DNA from: Candidatus Bipolaricaulota bacterium
GTDB taxonomy: Bacteria > Bipolaricaulota > Bipolaricaulia > RBG-16-55-9
Direction: 5' to 3'
Assembly (NCBI GenBank): GCA_026982655.1
Contig: JALSGO010000083.1
Span: 30-64,029, forward strand
Length of the DNA stretch: 64,000 nt
The notes below the pieces were generated by a model. It searched no databases. It was not told where the DNA came from and saw nothing but the letters and a program-made list of their open reading frames with translations. Shown piece by piece: positions 36,246 through 46,495 of this stretch; the first letter of the stretch is position 1, and every line of letters begins with the position of its first letter. The position numbers and the translations under genes are program-made.

Positions 36246-38663
36246 ATGGGGTGGCTGGACGGCCTGCTGCGCCATCGTGGGCTCGTGCTGGGGGCGGCTT
36301 TGCTGCTCACCGTTCCGGCGCTCCTGTCTCTCAGTCGATTGGAGTCCCAGGACACCTACGATGCTTGGTTCCCCCCGGACGACCCGGCGTATCGCTTCTA
36401 TCGGGAGTTCCAGCGGCGGTTTGAGAACGACATGTTCATCGTGGTGGCCTATCGAGACGAGACCCTCTTCACCCGGGAGGGGCTGGCGTTCCTCGCGGAG
36501 CTCACCGCCCGTCTTGCGGAGCTCCCCTACGTGCGGGAGGTGACCAGCCTCACGAACGTCGAGCACGTCCGGGGGGAAGAGCAGGCGCTCATCGTCGAAC
36601 CCCTCGTCCCCGATCCGGAGCGCCTCGATCCCGACGTCGTCCGGCAACGGGCCCTCTCGCGCCCCCTCTACCGCGGGCTGCTGATCTCCGAGGACGGGAC
36701 GACGACCGCGGTCGTCGCCGAACTCGACCGGATCGCCTCCATGGACGAGGAGGCCGCTCTGGTGGGGGCCCTCAAGGACCTCCTGCGCACGCTGGAGGTC
36801 CGAACGGGCAAGTCCTTCTACATCGGGGGCTATCCCGTCCTCGACGTCGAGATCATGCAGGCTTCCGAGCGGGATATCCGGACGTTCATCCCCTTGACCG
36901 TCGGGGCCATCTTCCTCGTATTGTGGGGGGTCTTCCGCCGACCGTCGCTGGCCGCCCTGGCGTTCGTGTCCGTCTCGCTGGCGCTGGCTTGGACCTTCGG
37001 GCTGTACGCCGGCCTGGGTCTTAAGTACAGCATGATGCTGAGCATCCTGCCCACGATCATCCTCGCCATCGGGATTGCGGATGCGGTACACATCTTGGTC
37101 CACTACTACGAGGAGCTCGCCCGGGGGCGGCCGCAGCGGGAGGCCCTCCGTCAGACCCTACGAAAGATGCTCCGCCCCTGTCTGTTCACGACGCTGACGA
37201 CCGGAGCCGGGTTCATCTCGTTCTTGAGCAGCGATATCCCCGTGGTGCGGCTGACGGGGCTCTTTGCCGCGGTGGGCATCGGGCTTGCGTTCGTGCTCAC
37301 GGTGCTCGTGCTGCCCGCAGCCGTCTCGTTTTTCCGCCCGCCGCACGGGACGGCCCGGCGACGGTCTCAGGGCACGTTCGCTCGGGCCTTGGAGGGGCTG
37401 ACCCGAACGACCCTGGCCCACCCGCGCGCCGTGCTCCTGGGGGCCGGGATCGTGCTCGTCTTCGGCCTGTACGGGATCTCCCGCTTGGAAGCCGAGACGC
37501 TGGGCCTGGAGTGGCTGCGCGACGACCACCCCCTCCAGCAGAGCTATCGCTTCATCGAGGAGAACCTCACCGGGCTGTACAACCTCGAGCTCATCGTCGA
37601 GGGCGAACGGGACGCGCTCCGCTCCCCCGAGATGCTCCGCCGGATCGAGGAACTCAGTGCGTTTGCGCTCCAACAGCCGGGCGTGCGCAAGGCGATCTCC
37701 GTGGTCGACTACGTCAAAGAGATCCACCGGGCGCTCCGCGGGGGAGATCCCCGGTACTACACGATCCCGGACACGGCCCGCGACGTCGCGCAGGCGTTGT
37801 TGCTCTACGAGTTCTCCGGGGGACGCGAGCTGCGCGAGATCGTAAGCGGCGACTACAGCGCCGGACGACTCACCCTGCTGCTGGATGCCCTCTCCAGCCG
37901 GGAGTACACCGAGCTCAACCGACGCATCCTCGAGCGCGCCGAGACGTTGGACTTCCCTCGGCCCGTGCAGGCAACCGGTGCAGTGGTCCTGGTCGAGGCG
38001 ATGCTCAAGAAGCTCACCCTCAGCCAGGTCCGGAGCTTGGGGTTGGCTTTGGCCCTGATCACCTTGCTTATGATCGCCCTGTTGCGCTCCTGGAAGTTGG
38101 GGCTGCTCAGCTTGATCCCCAACGGGCTGCCGATCCTGCTGATGTTTGCGACCATGGGCCTGCTCTCCATCCCCCTGGACGCGGCGACGTCCACGGTCGC
38201 GGGGATGGCTTTAGGGATCGCCGTGGACGACACGATCCACTTCTTGACCCGCTTCCGACGCGAACTGAACGTGACGGGCGACTATCGCCGGGCGCTCACG
38301 CAGACGGCCCGGACGGTCGGCCAGGCGATCGTGTTCACGTCCGTGATCCTGCTGGCCGGCTTCAGCGTGCTGTTGCTGGGCAGCTTCAAGGGAACGGTGT
38401 ATATGGGGTTGCTCGTCGGGCTCACGATGCTCTTCGCGCTCGTAGGGGATTTGGTGCTCCTACCCGCGCTGCTCTGGGTCCTCAAGCCCCTCCCTGTGTC
38501 CGCAGCTGCTTCGACCCCGGCTCCGGCTCCGATGGCGGACGATGGCCGATCAGCTTCCGACCAGAGGAGGTTGAGGGAGGTCATGGACGACGCCCCCCGG
38601 GTGCAGGGTACGCTTATGCGTGGCCGGGACGAGGAAACAGGAGCCCGCGAAGCCGGCAGGTGA
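36246..38663 (+). CDS. RND-superfamily / MMPL-type exporter (HAE3/HpnN-like), paralog 1
   Basis: 805 aa, two 6-TM bundles with periplasmic loops; N-terminal LSRLESQDTYDAWFPPDDPAY...VREVTSLTNV pattern shared by the three paralogs. Confidence 0.8.
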   Translation: MGWLDGLLRHRGLVLGAALLLTVPALLSLSRLESQDTYDAWFPPDDPAYRFYREFQRRFENDMFIVVAYRDETLFTREGLAFLAELTARLAELPYVREVTSLTNVEHVRGEEQALIVEPLVPDPERLDPDVVRQRALSRPLYRGLLISEDGTTTAVVAELDRIASMDEEAALVGALKDLLRTLEVRTGKSFYIGGYPVLDVEIMQASERDIRTFIPLTVGAIFLVLWGVFRRPSLAALAFVSVSLALAWTFGLYAGLGLKYSMMLSILPTIILAIGIADAVHILVHYYEELARGRPQREALRQTLRKMLRPCLFTTLTTGAGFISFLSSDIPVVRLTGLFAAVGIGLAFVLTVLVLPAAVSFFRPPHGTARRRSQGTFARALEGLTRTTLAHPRAVLLGAGIVLVFGLYGISRLEAETLGLEWLRDDHPLQQSYRFIEENLTGLYNLELIVEGERDALRSPEMLRRIEELSAFALQQPGVRKAISVVDYVKEIHRALRGGDPRYYTIPDTARDVAQALLLYEFSGGRELREIVSGDYSAGRLTLLLDALSSREYTELNRRILERAETLDFPRPVQATGAVVLVEAMLKKLTLSQVRSLGLALALITLLMIALLRSWKLGLLSLIPNGLPILLMFATMGLLSIPLDAATSTVAGMALGIAVDDTIHFLTRFRRELNVTGDYRRALTQTARTVGQAIVFTSVILLAGFSVLLLGSFKGTVYMGLLVGLTMLFALVGDLVLLPALLWVLKPLPVSAAASTPAPAPMADDGRSASDQRRLREVMDDAPRVQGTLMRGRDEETGAREAGR

Positions 38664-38722
38664 GCGGCCTGCTCTGCCGGACGAAGCCATTCGGAAGCGA
38701 GAGGAAGGGAGGAAAGGAACTC

Positions 38723-39373
38723 ATGAACCCGCAGGAACGATGGAACGATGCTCTGACGCCGGAGAAGGAACCGACCGAGGGAGCTCTCTCGACGCCGCCC
38801 CCGGACGGCGCGTCCGAGGGGACCGGAGAGGGGCGGTCCCCTAAGGGGCGAACCGTGGGGATCGCCCTGATCCTCGCCGTGGTCGTGGGGATCGGCATCG
38901 GGTACTCGCTGTATTCCTTGCGGGCCGAGAGGGTGTCCGGGCTGGCGTCCACGGGGAGGGAGGTAGACCGGGGCCTCGGCGGCGGCATGCCGGCGATCGT
39001 GGTGGCCCCGCTGCTTAGGGATCTCGGGGAGGTGAGCGTCCAAGGGGGGACGGTGACCACCTTCTTCACCGTGCGCAATCCCGGGGACGGGGTGCTGGTC
39101 ATCACCGACATGGAGACTTCCTGTATGTGCACGGAGGTCGCTTTGATCGTGGACGGCGTGGAAGGCCCTCGACTCGGGATGCGCGGCCACGGTCCGCGGC
39201 CCGAGTGGTCGGCCCGGCTGAACCCGGGCGAGGAGGCGACCCTTAAGGTCTACTACGACCCCACGGTACACGAGGAGCTACGCGGACCGGTCACCCGCGT
39301 GGTGCGGGTTCACACGAACGTCCCCACCCGTCCCTACGTGGACATCTTGATCGATCTGGTGCAAACGGACTGA
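38723..39373 (+). CDS. DUF1573-domain secreted/anchored protein (variant motif SCMCT)
   Basis: N-terminal TM; VSVQGGTVTTFFTVRNPGDGVLVITDMETSCMCTEV...LNPGEEATLKVYYDP fits the DUF1573 consensus (F.F.N.G..PL.I..V..SCGCT ... PG....I.V.F). Confidence 0.55.
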   Translation: MNPQERWNDALTPEKEPTEGALSTPPPDGASEGTGEGRSPKGRTVGIALILAVVVGIGIGYSLYSLRAERVSGLASTGREVDRGLGGGMPAIVVAPLLRDLGEVSVQGGTVTTFFTVRNPGDGVLVITDMETSCMCTEVALIVDGVEGPRLGMRGHGPRPEWSARLNPGEEATLKVYYDPTVHEELRGPVTRVVRVHTNVPTRPYVDILIDLVQTD

Positions 39374-39424
39374 CTCCCGTGGGCAGACCGAAGGCTACAC
39401 GACAATCGGGGAGGGAATGCCAAG

Positions 39425-40000
39425 GTGATGAACGGGGAATCGAGGGACAAGGACCAAGGTCAGAATACGGAGATGCACGCGATCCGCCGCCGGGCGGCCT
39501 TCTTGAGCCGAGGCGGAGTGAGCCTGCCCCTCCTGATCATCGGGGTCCTCCTGGCCCTGGGGACGACTGCGGGCCTGGGGTATTTGCGTCTGGCGGGCCC
39601 ACCGGCGGCAGGCCCTCCGCGCATCGAGGTCACGCCGGAGCTCATCGAGTTCGGAGAGATCTCCCCCACCGAGAAGGCGGTCGTGGAGTACCGTGTGCGA
39701 AACGCCGGGGGAAGCCCGTTGGAGATCACCCGCGTGAGCACCTCGTGTGGGTGCACCACCGCCGAGGTCGGCAAGACGACGCTCCTCCCCGGCGAGACGA
39801 CTCCGTTGCGCGTCACCTTCGACCCCCAAGCGATGCGGGCCGAAGGGCTCAACGAGGAGGACATCTACCGGATCATCTTCCTAAGGAGCAACGACCCCGA
39901 GCGGCCGGAGGTTACCGTCGAGCTTCGCGGTCGCGTCCTGCCGTCGGACTCGGACTCGAACTCGAACTCGGAGCCGGAGTCTGCCGTCGAGGGGAGGTAA
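39425..40000 (+). CDS. DUF1573-domain protein (canonical SCGCTT motif) with a C-terminal Ser/Asp-rich tail
   Basis: EFGEISPTEKAVVEYRVRNAGGSPLEITRVSTSCGCTTAEV...LLPGETTPLRVTFDP. Confidence 0.65.
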   Translation: MMNGESRDKDQGQNTEMHAIRRRAAFLSRGGVSLPLLIIGVLLALGTTAGLGYLRLAGPPAAGPPRIEVTPELIEFGEISPTEKAVVEYRVRNAGGSPLEITRVSTSCGCTTAEVGKTTLLPGETTPLRVTFDPQAMRAEGLNEEDIYRIIFLRSNDPERPEVTVELRGRVLPSDSDSNSNSEPESAVEGR

Positions 40001-40098
40001 CCGAAGCGCTCGGTTGGGGCCGGGCACGGGGGACGGCCCCCTAATCCCACCCCAGGAGGGAAGGGAAAGGGGAAGCTTCCTGAAGGAAGAAGAAGCCC

Positions 40099-42771
40099 AT
40101 GGCCAAGGTCAAAGACCCCGTCTGCGGGATGGAGATCGACGAGGAAGAGGCCGTCGCCTCCCACGTCTACGAGGGGCAGACGTACTCCTTCTGCTCCAAG
40201 GACTGCGAGAAGGAGTTCGTCGAGAAGCCCGAGTTTTATGTCAAGCCGGAGCCCGCCCGCTCGGCGACCACGGGCGTGGACGTCGAGAGCACGGAGCCGG
40301 TGCACGCCGAGCTCCCCCTGGCGGGCTTGGACTGCACCAGCTGCGTGGTGACCGTCGAGCGCACCCTGCGGGAGGTCCCCGGCGTGGAGAGGGCCCACGT
40401 CAACTTCTCGCTGGGGATCGCGCACGTCACCTACGATCCCAAGGAGGCGAGCGTCGAGGACGCCGTCCAGGCGCTCAAGAAGGCGGGCTACGACGTGGGG
40501 GCCGCCGAGATGCGGGTGCGCATCGAGGGGCTTCGCTGCGCCTCCTGTGTGGGCTTCATCGAGGAGGCCCTGCGGAAGGTCCCCGGCGTCTTGGAGGCCA
40601 CGGTGAGCCCCGGAACGGAGACGGCGGTCATCCGCTACGTCCCCGGGATGGTGAGTTTTCCGGCGATCAAGGAAGCGATCGAATCTACGGGCTACAAAAC
40701 GGTCCACCGCCTGGAGGAGGAGGAGCCGCCCGATCAGGAGGCCGCCGCCCGCGAGCGGGAGTACCGCCTGCTCATGCGCCGCTTCCTCTTCGCCGCCGTC
40801 GTCTCCGTCCCGGTGCTCCTTACGGCCTATCCCGAGTTCGTGCCCTTCTTGAGGGATCTTCCCCGGAGCACGATCCGGCTCATCTGGGCCTTCGACGCGC
40901 TGCTGACGCTGCCCGTGTTGTTGTGGTCGGGTCAGCGCTTCTTCACGGGCGCTTGGGCGGCGTTCAAGCACCACAGCGCGGACATGAACACGCTGATCGC
41001 GCTGGGCACCGGCGCGGCGTGGGCCTATTCGACGGTCGCGATCGCCTTCCCTCAAGTGTTCCCCGAGGGGACGGCGGAGCCCTTCTTCGACGTGGCCGCC
41101 GTGGTCATCGCCTTGGTCGTGTTGGGCCAAGCGCTCGAGGTCCGGGCCAAGGGGCGCACCAGCGCGGCGATCAAAAAGCTTCTCGACTTACAAGCCAAGA
41201 CGGCCCGCGTGGTGCGCGACGGGCAGGAGATGGACATCCCCGTGGAAGAGGTGCTCGTGGGCGACGTGGTGGTGGTCCGCCCCGGCGAGAAGGTGCCTGT
41301 AGACGGCGTGGTGATCGAGGGCTCCTCCGCGGTGGACGAGTCGATGATCACCGGGGAGCCGATCCCCGTGGAAAAAAATCCCGGGGATGAGGTGATCGGC
41401 GGGACGATCAACAAGACGGGGTCCTTCAAGTTCCGGGCGACCAAGGTGGGCAAGGAGACGGCGCTGGCGCAGATCGTCCAGCTCGTACAACAAGCCCAAA
41501 GCACCAAGCCCCCGATCGCCCGGCTGGTGGATGTGGTGAGCGGCTACTTCGTGCCCGCGGTGATGATCATCGCGGTGCTGGCGTTCTTGGTATGGTTTAA
41601 TTTCGGGCCGGAGCCGCGGCTGACCTTCGCCCTGGTGACCGCGGTGACCACGCTGATCATCGCCTGCCCCTGCGCGCTGGGGCTGGCCACCCCCATGAGC
41701 ATCATGGTCGGGGTGGGCAAGGCCGCCGAACACGGGATTCTCATTCGCAACGGCGAGGCCCTCCAAAAGGCCTCGAAGCTGGACACGATCGTGCTCGACA
41801 AGACGGGCACGGTCACCAAGGGGAAGCCCGAGCTGACCGACGTGATCGCCGCTGAGGGCTTTACAGAAGACGAGGTGCTCCGCCTGGCGGCCAGCGCGGA
41901 GCGGGCCAGCGAACACCCCTTGGCCGAGGCGATCGTCCAGGGCGCCCAGGCGCGCGGACTGGAGCTTGCGGACCCCGAGACGTTCAACGCCGTCCCCGGC
42001 CACGGGATCGAAGCCACGCTCGACGGCAAGAGAGTGCTCCTGGGCAACGTAAAACTCATGAAGCGCGAGGGCATCGACGTCGGCGGCCTCCGCGAGGCGG
42101 CGGAGCGCCTCTCCGACGAGGGCAAGACCCCGATGTACATGGCCGTCGACGGCCAAGCCGCGGGGCTGATCGCCGTGGCCGACACGATCAAGGAAGACTC
42201 CGTCGCGGCCATTCGGACGCTCCAGGAGCTGGGGCTGGAGGTCGTCATGCTCACCGGGGACAACCGCCGCACCGCCGAGGCGATCGCCCGCCAGGTCCAC
42301 ATCGACCGGGTCCTGGCCGAAGTGCTCCCGGAGCAGAAGGCGGCAGAGGTGAAGAAGCTGCAGCTCGAGGGCCGCAGGGTCGGCATGGTCGGCGACGGGA
42401 TCAACGACGCGCCCGCCCTGGCCCAGGCCGACGTGGGCTTCGCCATCGGGACGGGGACGGACGTGGCCATTGAAGCTGCGGACATCACGCTCGTGGGCGG
42501 AAGCCTCCGCGGGGTGGTCACCGCCATCGAGATCTCCAAGGCCACCATGCGCAACATCAAGCAAAATCTCGTGGGAGCCTTCATCTACAACACGCTGGGC
42601 ATCCCGGTGGCCGCGGGGGTCTTCTATCCCCTCACGGGGATGCTGCTGAGCCCCCTCATCGCGGGGGCGGCGATGGCGTTTAGCAGCGTGACCGTGGTGA
42701 CGAACGCCAACCGCCTGCGGCGGTTCCGGCCCCGGATCGTCTCCGACTTCGAGGAAGGAGGTACGACATGA
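40099..42771 (+). CDS. copA: Copper-translocating P1B-type ATPase with N-terminal YHS/TRASH domain plus two HMA-like domains (second CopA paralog)
   Basis: [11 protein letters not shown]...[12 protein letters not shown] (YHS); GLDCTSCV and GLRCASCV; CPC; DKTGT; YN...MAFSS. Confidence 0.85.
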   Translation: MAKVKDPVCGMEIDEEEAVASHVYEGQTYSFCSKDCEKEFVEKPEFYVKPEPARSATTGVDVESTEPVHAELPLAGLDCTSCVVTVERTLREVPGVERAHVNFSLGIAHVTYDPKEASVEDAVQALKKAGYDVGAAEMRVRIEGLRCASCVGFIEEALRKVPGVLEATVSPGTETAVIRYVPGMVSFPAIKEAIESTGYKTVHRLEEEEPPDQEAAAREREYRLLMRRFLFAAVVSVPVLLTAYPEFVPFLRDLPRSTIRLIWAFDALLTLPVLLWSGQRFFTGAWAAFKHHSADMNTLIALGTGAAWAYSTVAIAFPQVFPEGTAEPFFDVAAVVIALVVLGQALEVRAKGRTSAAIKKLLDLQAKTARVVRDGQEMDIPVEEVLVGDVVVVRPGEKVPVDGVVIEGSSAVDESMITGEPIPVEKNPGDEVIGGTINKTGSFKFRATKVGKETALAQIVQLVQQAQSTKPPIARLVDVVSGYFVPAVMIIAVLAFLVWFNFGPEPRLTFALVTAVTTLIIACPCALGLATPMSIMVGVGKAAEHGILIRNGEALQKASKLDTIVLDKTGTVTKGKPELTDVIAAEGFTEDEVLRLAASAERASEHPLAEAIVQGAQARGLELADPETFNAVPGHGIEATLDGKRVLLGNVKLMKREGIDVGGLREAAERLSDEGKTPMYMAVDGQAAGLIAVADTIKEDSVAAIRTLQELGLEVVMLTGDNRRTAEAIARQVHIDRVLAEVLPEQKAAEVKKLQLEGRRVGMVGDGINDAPALAQADVGFAIGTGTDVAIEAADITLVGGSLRGVVTAIEISKATMRNIKQNLVGAFIYNTLGIPVAAGVFYPLTGMLLSPLIAGAAMAFSSVTVVTNANRLRRFRPRIVSDFEEGGTT

Positions 42772-43142
42772 TCGCGCAAATCGTGGTGAACGTCTTGGGG
42801 CTGCTCGCGATCGTCTGGATCGTCTGGTACTTCTGGATCTACGAGAAGAAGGGCGTCGTGGCCGCGGAGGCGGGCGGCGCTCAAGAAGTTCGCATTCGGG
42901 TCAAGGGGGGCTACGACCCCGACGTCATCGTCGTCCAGGCCGGAAAGCCCGTGAAACTCCACTTCTACCGCGAGGAGGAGGCGTCGTGCAGCGAGACGGT
43001 CGTCTTCCCGGACTTCGCCCAGTCGCTGAAGCTTCCGCCCTTTGAGACCGTCACCCTGGAGCTTCTGCCGGAGAAGCCGGGGGAGTACGAGTTCCACTGC
43101 CAGATGAACATGCTGCGGGGCAAGCTCATCGTGGAGGAGTGA
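42768..43142 (+). CDS. Membrane-anchored cupredoxin_1-like small copper-binding protein
   Basis: ATGA overlap with the copA stop; TM anchor then ...[10 protein letters not shown]...[17 protein letters not shown] (His/Cys/Met cupredoxin-like ligand pattern). Confidence 0.6.
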   Translation: MIAQIVVNVLGLLAIVWIVWYFWIYEKKGVVAAEAGGAQEVRIRVKGGYDPDVIVVQAGKPVKLHFYREEEASCSETVVFPDFAQSLKLPPFETVTLELLPEKPGEYEFHCQMNMLRGKLIVEE

Positions 43143-43190
43143 GCCCTACGTGCGATCCACCTCCACAGAGAACGAAAGGATCGAAAGGGC

Positions 43191-44582
43191 ATGGGCGTAG
43201 ACTTGACGTTCCTCGGCGCCGCCGGGACGGTCACGGGCTCCAAGTATTGGCTCTCGGCGGGCGGCAAAAACTATCTCATCGACTGCGGGCTCTTCCAGGG
43301 ACCGGACGAGCTGGAGCAGCTCAACTGGGAACAGCTTCCCATCGCCCCCGCGGAGCTGGACGCCGTGGTGCTGACCCACGGGCACCTCGACCACTCGGGG
43401 TACCTCCCGCGGCTTGCGAAGAGGGGCTACTCCGGGCCGGTCTACGCCTCGGAGGCCACCTGCGCGCTGCTCGAGCTGCTTTTGCCCGACTCGGGATACC
43501 TGCAGGAGGAGCACGCGGGCTACGCCAACCGCAAGGGCTACTCCCGCCACAAGCCCGCGCTTCCGCTGTACACCTACGACCAAGCGCTCGAGTCCCTAAA
43601 GCTCTTACGGCCCGTGAAGCTCGCGGAGCCCTTCGCCGTAGACAAACACCTCACGGTCACGATGCGCCCGGCGGGCCACATCCTGGGCTCCGCGATCGTA
43701 GAGTGCGAGCTTGATAATAAAAAGATCGTCTTCTCCGGGGACCTGGGCCGCTACGATCAGGAAGTGATGAAATCCCCAGCGACGGTGACGCGGGCCGACT
43801 ATCTGCTGGTCGAGTCGACGTACGGCGATCGGGAGCACGGCGAGGACCCCATCGAAGATCAGCTGGCCCCCGTGGTGAACGCCGCTGTCGAGCGCGGCGG
43901 GGCGCTTCTCATCCCGAGCTTCGCCGTGGGCCGCACCCAGCACGTCCTCTACTACCTGCGAAAGCTCCAAGACCAAAAGCGCATCCCCGAGGTGCCCATC
44001 TACGTGGACAGCCCGATGGCCATCGACGCGACGGCGATCTACTGCCGCTTCGGAGATGAGCTCAACCTCAACGTCAACCTGCTGATGGACGACGAAGCCT
44101 GCCCGCTGCGCTGCCGCGACACGCGCTTTACGCGGACGGTCCCCGAGTCGAAGCGGCTCAACGACGCGCCGGGGCCTCTTGTGATCCTCTCCGCGAGCGG
44201 GATGTGCACCGGCGGTCGGATCCTCCACCACCTGAAGCACCGCCTGCCCGACCCCAAGAACACCGTGCTCTTCGTGGGCTACCAGGCCCAAGGCACCCGG
44301 GGCCGCAGGCTCCTCGAGGGAGCCGACGAGATCAGAATTCACGGGATGACCGTCCCGGTGCGGGCGGAGATCGCCCAGATCGACGGCCTCTCCGCCCACG
44401 GAGACGCCCGGGAGCTGATGCGCTGGCTCTCCGGGTTCGAGCGGCCTCCCGAACAGACGTTCCTCGTCCACGGGGAGCCGCACGCCTCCCAAGCGCTGGA
44501 GGAGCGCATTCGGAAGGAGCTGGGCTGGGCGACCCACCGGCCCCGCTACGGCGAGACCGTCTCCTTGGAGGGCAGGGGATGA
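43191..44582 (+). CDS. MBL-fold metallo-hydrolase with beta-CASP domain (RNA-metabolising, RNase J/CPSF-like)
   Basis: VLTHGHLDHSGYLP (HxHxDH), beta-CASP motifs, 463 aa. Confidence 0.8.
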   Translation: MGVDLTFLGAAGTVTGSKYWLSAGGKNYLIDCGLFQGPDELEQLNWEQLPIAPAELDAVVLTHGHLDHSGYLPRLAKRGYSGPVYASEATCALLELLLPDSGYLQEEHAGYANRKGYSRHKPALPLYTYDQALESLKLLRPVKLAEPFAVDKHLTVTMRPAGHILGSAIVECELDNKKIVFSGDLGRYDQEVMKSPATVTRADYLLVESTYGDREHGEDPIEDQLAPVVNAAVERGGALLIPSFAVGRTQHVLYYLRKLQDQKRIPEVPIYVDSPMAIDATAIYCRFGDELNLNVNLLMDDEACPLRCRDTRFTRTVPESKRLNDAPGPLVILSASGMCTGGRILHHLKHRLPDPKNTVLFVGYQAQGTRGRRLLEGADEIRIHGMTVPVRAEIAQIDGLSAHGDARELMRWLSGFERPPEQTFLVHGEPHASQALEERIRKELGWATHRPRYGETVSLEGRG

Positions 44583-45304
44583 TCCGCTACGCGCTCTTCG
44601 ACTTGGACGACACGCTCTATCCCCCGGCGGCGGGGCTCATGGAGGCCCTCAGCCGCCGCTTTACGCAGTGCATCGCCGAGGAGCTGGGCATCTCCCTCGA
44701 ACAAGCCGAGGCCCTGCGGCGCGAGTACGGCAAGCGCTACGGCTCGACCACGCGGGGGCTCGCCCTGCATCACCACGTGGACATCGGGGGATTTTTGGCC
44801 AAGGTCCACGACCTGCCCATCGAGGAGTATCTGCAGCCCGACCCCGAGCTGGGGTGTTTGTTGGACTGCATCGACGCGCAGAGGTGCATCTTCACCAACG
44901 CGCCGGAGGCCTACGCCCGGCGGGTGTTAGACGTCCTGGGCGTCGCGGATCGCTTCTGTCGGGTCTTCGCGGTCGAGTTCTCGGGTTATAGGGGCAAGCC
45001 CGACCCCCTCGTCTACGAGCGGGTGGTCGCCGAGCTGGGCGCTTCCGACCCGGAGATCGTGATGCTCGACGACGTGCGGGCCAACCTCCTCCCCGCCGCG
45101 CAGAGGGGCTGGACGACCGTCTGGGTCAACGGGCGGGGGAAGCCCGCCGACCCTCAAGACCTCGACGGGATCTCCTATGCGGTGGGCGACCTCTGGGAGG
45201 TGGCCCGCGTCTTCCGCGAGATCGGGCTCCTCGACGAGGCCCACCACGAGGAGTGGAACCGCTGCCTCCTCCGGTGCCCGCTGGGCCGGAGACGGGCTGG
45301 GTGA
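44579..45304 (+). CDS. HAD-superfamily hydrolase (pyrimidine 5'-nucleotidase-like)
   Basis: ALFDLDDTLY (motif I DxDxT), ...FTNAP..., ...MLDDVRANL...; ATGA overlap with the upstream gene. Confidence 0.75.
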   Translation: MIRYALFDLDDTLYPPAAGLMEALSRRFTQCIAEELGISLEQAEALRREYGKRYGSTTRGLALHHHVDIGGFLAKVHDLPIEEYLQPDPELGCLLDCIDAQRCIFTNAPEAYARRVLDVLGVADRFCRVFAVEFSGYRGKPDPLVYERVVAELGASDPEIVMLDDVRANLLPAAQRGWTTVWVNGRGKPADPQDLDGISYAVGDLWEVARVFREIGLLDEAHHEEWNRCLLRCPLGRRRAG

Positions 45305-45344
45305 CCTTGCTGGACGTCTTCCGGGGGGAACATGACGCAGATCA

Positions 45345-45374
45345 TTGATCCCACCCCACGGGGGGTGGGATAAT
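45345..45374 (+). promoter_or_regulatory. Promoter TTGATC - 18 nt - GATAAT whose spacer is the perfect palindrome ATCCCACCCC-acgg-GGGGTGGGAT (CsoR-type operator candidate, site B; palindrome 45348..45371)
   Basis: Read from sequence; the operator occupies the -35/-10 spacer, a classic repressor position; 35 nt upstream of the cytochrome b start. Confidence 0.65.
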
Positions 45375-45405
45375 GGCGGGCGAAAGGCGGGCGAAGGAGG
45401 GACGC

Positions 45406-46491
45406 ATGGAAGCACAGAAGACGGTCATGCAAAGCCGACGGCGACGCCTCTGGGAGGCGCTCGACGAGCGCCTGGGGTTGAGCGCCCTGAGGTACCCCGT
45501 CCCCGCCCACGCCAACACGCTGGGATATATGTTAGGCGGGATCACCCTCTTTGGCTTCCTCATCTTGATCGCCACAGGCATTTATCTTACGCAGTTCTAC
45601 AACCCCGACCCCAGCCAAGCCCACGACAGCGTCGTCTACCTCGTCGAGCAGACGACGTTCGGGGACCTCGTCCGCAGCATCCACTACTGGACGGCCAACT
45701 TGGTGGTCGTCACCGTTCTCCTCCACCTTCTACGGATCTTCTTTGCGGGGGCGTACAAGCGGCCCCGGGAGGCCAACTGGCTGGTCGGCTTGGCGCTTTT
45801 GGCGATCACCATCGGCTTCGTCTTCACCGGCACGGTCCTCAAGTGGGACCAAGAGGCCTACGAGGCGATGCTCCACAACATGGCCTTCTCGGAGCTTCTG
45901 GGCGGGATCGGGAGCTGGTTCTCCCCAAGTTTTACCCTGAGCGTGCCGATGCTCACCCGCCTCTACGCCGTCCACATCGCGGTGCTCCCGGCGCTCTTCC
46001 TCATCTTGATCGCGATTCATCTGATGCTGGTCAAGTACCACGGGATCTCGCCGCTGCCCACCCTGAACGCTCGGGCGGGCACCTGGGGCAAGGAAGGGAC
46101 GGGCCGCTTCTCCGCGCACCTGCGGCGCATGGTGGGCTACGGGCTATGGCTGCTGGCCTTAGCGGGGGTGCTGGCGCTCCTCTGGCCCGCGCCGCTGGGC
46201 TATCCCCCGGTTCCGGGCGCCGAGGTGACGAAGCCCCCGTGGTTGTTCCTGTGGCTCTACGCCTTCGAGAACTGGGTGGGGACCGCCGGGCTGCTCTGGC
46301 CACCGCTTGTGCTCTTCCTGCTGCTGGCGTTGGTGCCCTTCCTCGACCGCAGCCCCTATCTGGCACCCCGAAAGCGACCCGTAACCGTCACGCTCGGCGT
46401 GGTGCTGTTGCTCTTTTTGGTCGGGTTGAGCGTGTACGTGGCCCTCACCCCGCCGGTGAGCCACATCCAAGGGCAAGGGATGGGAGGTTGA
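45406..46491 (+). CDS. Cytochrome b (bc-complex cytochrome b N-terminal domain), paralog 1
   Basis: RSIHYWTANLVVVTVLLHLLRIFFAGAYKRPRE (R..H..A....H..R..F.G.Y heme-ligand pattern), 8 or 9 TM; GAAGGAGGGA RBS. Confidence 0.8.
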   Translation: MEAQKTVMQSRRRRLWEALDERLGLSALRYPVPAHANTLGYMLGGITLFGFLILIATGIYLTQFYNPDPSQAHDSVVYLVEQTTFGDLVRSIHYWTANLVVVTVLLHLLRIFFAGAYKRPREANWLVGLALLAITIGFVFTGTVLKWDQEAYEAMLHNMAFSELLGGIGSWFSPSFTLSVPMLTRLYAVHIAVLPALFLILIAIHLMLVKYHGISPLPTLNARAGTWGKEGTGRFSAHLRRMVGYGLWLLALAGVLALLWPAPLGYPPVPGAEVTKPPWLFLWLYAFENWVGTAGLLWPPLVLFLLLALVPFLDRSPYLAPRKRPVTVTLGVVLLLFLVGLSVYVALTPPVSHIQGQGMGG

Positions 46492-46495
46492 GACC

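Noticed and set aside
40018-40060. Partial palindrome-like sequence AATCCCACCCCAGGAGGG upstream of the second copA as a fifth operator
   Set aside because: Only the left half-site is present. The right arm (GGGAAGGG) does not pair, and the same region already forms a GGGGCCG...CGGCCCC terminator-like hairpin. It is at most a degenerate site.
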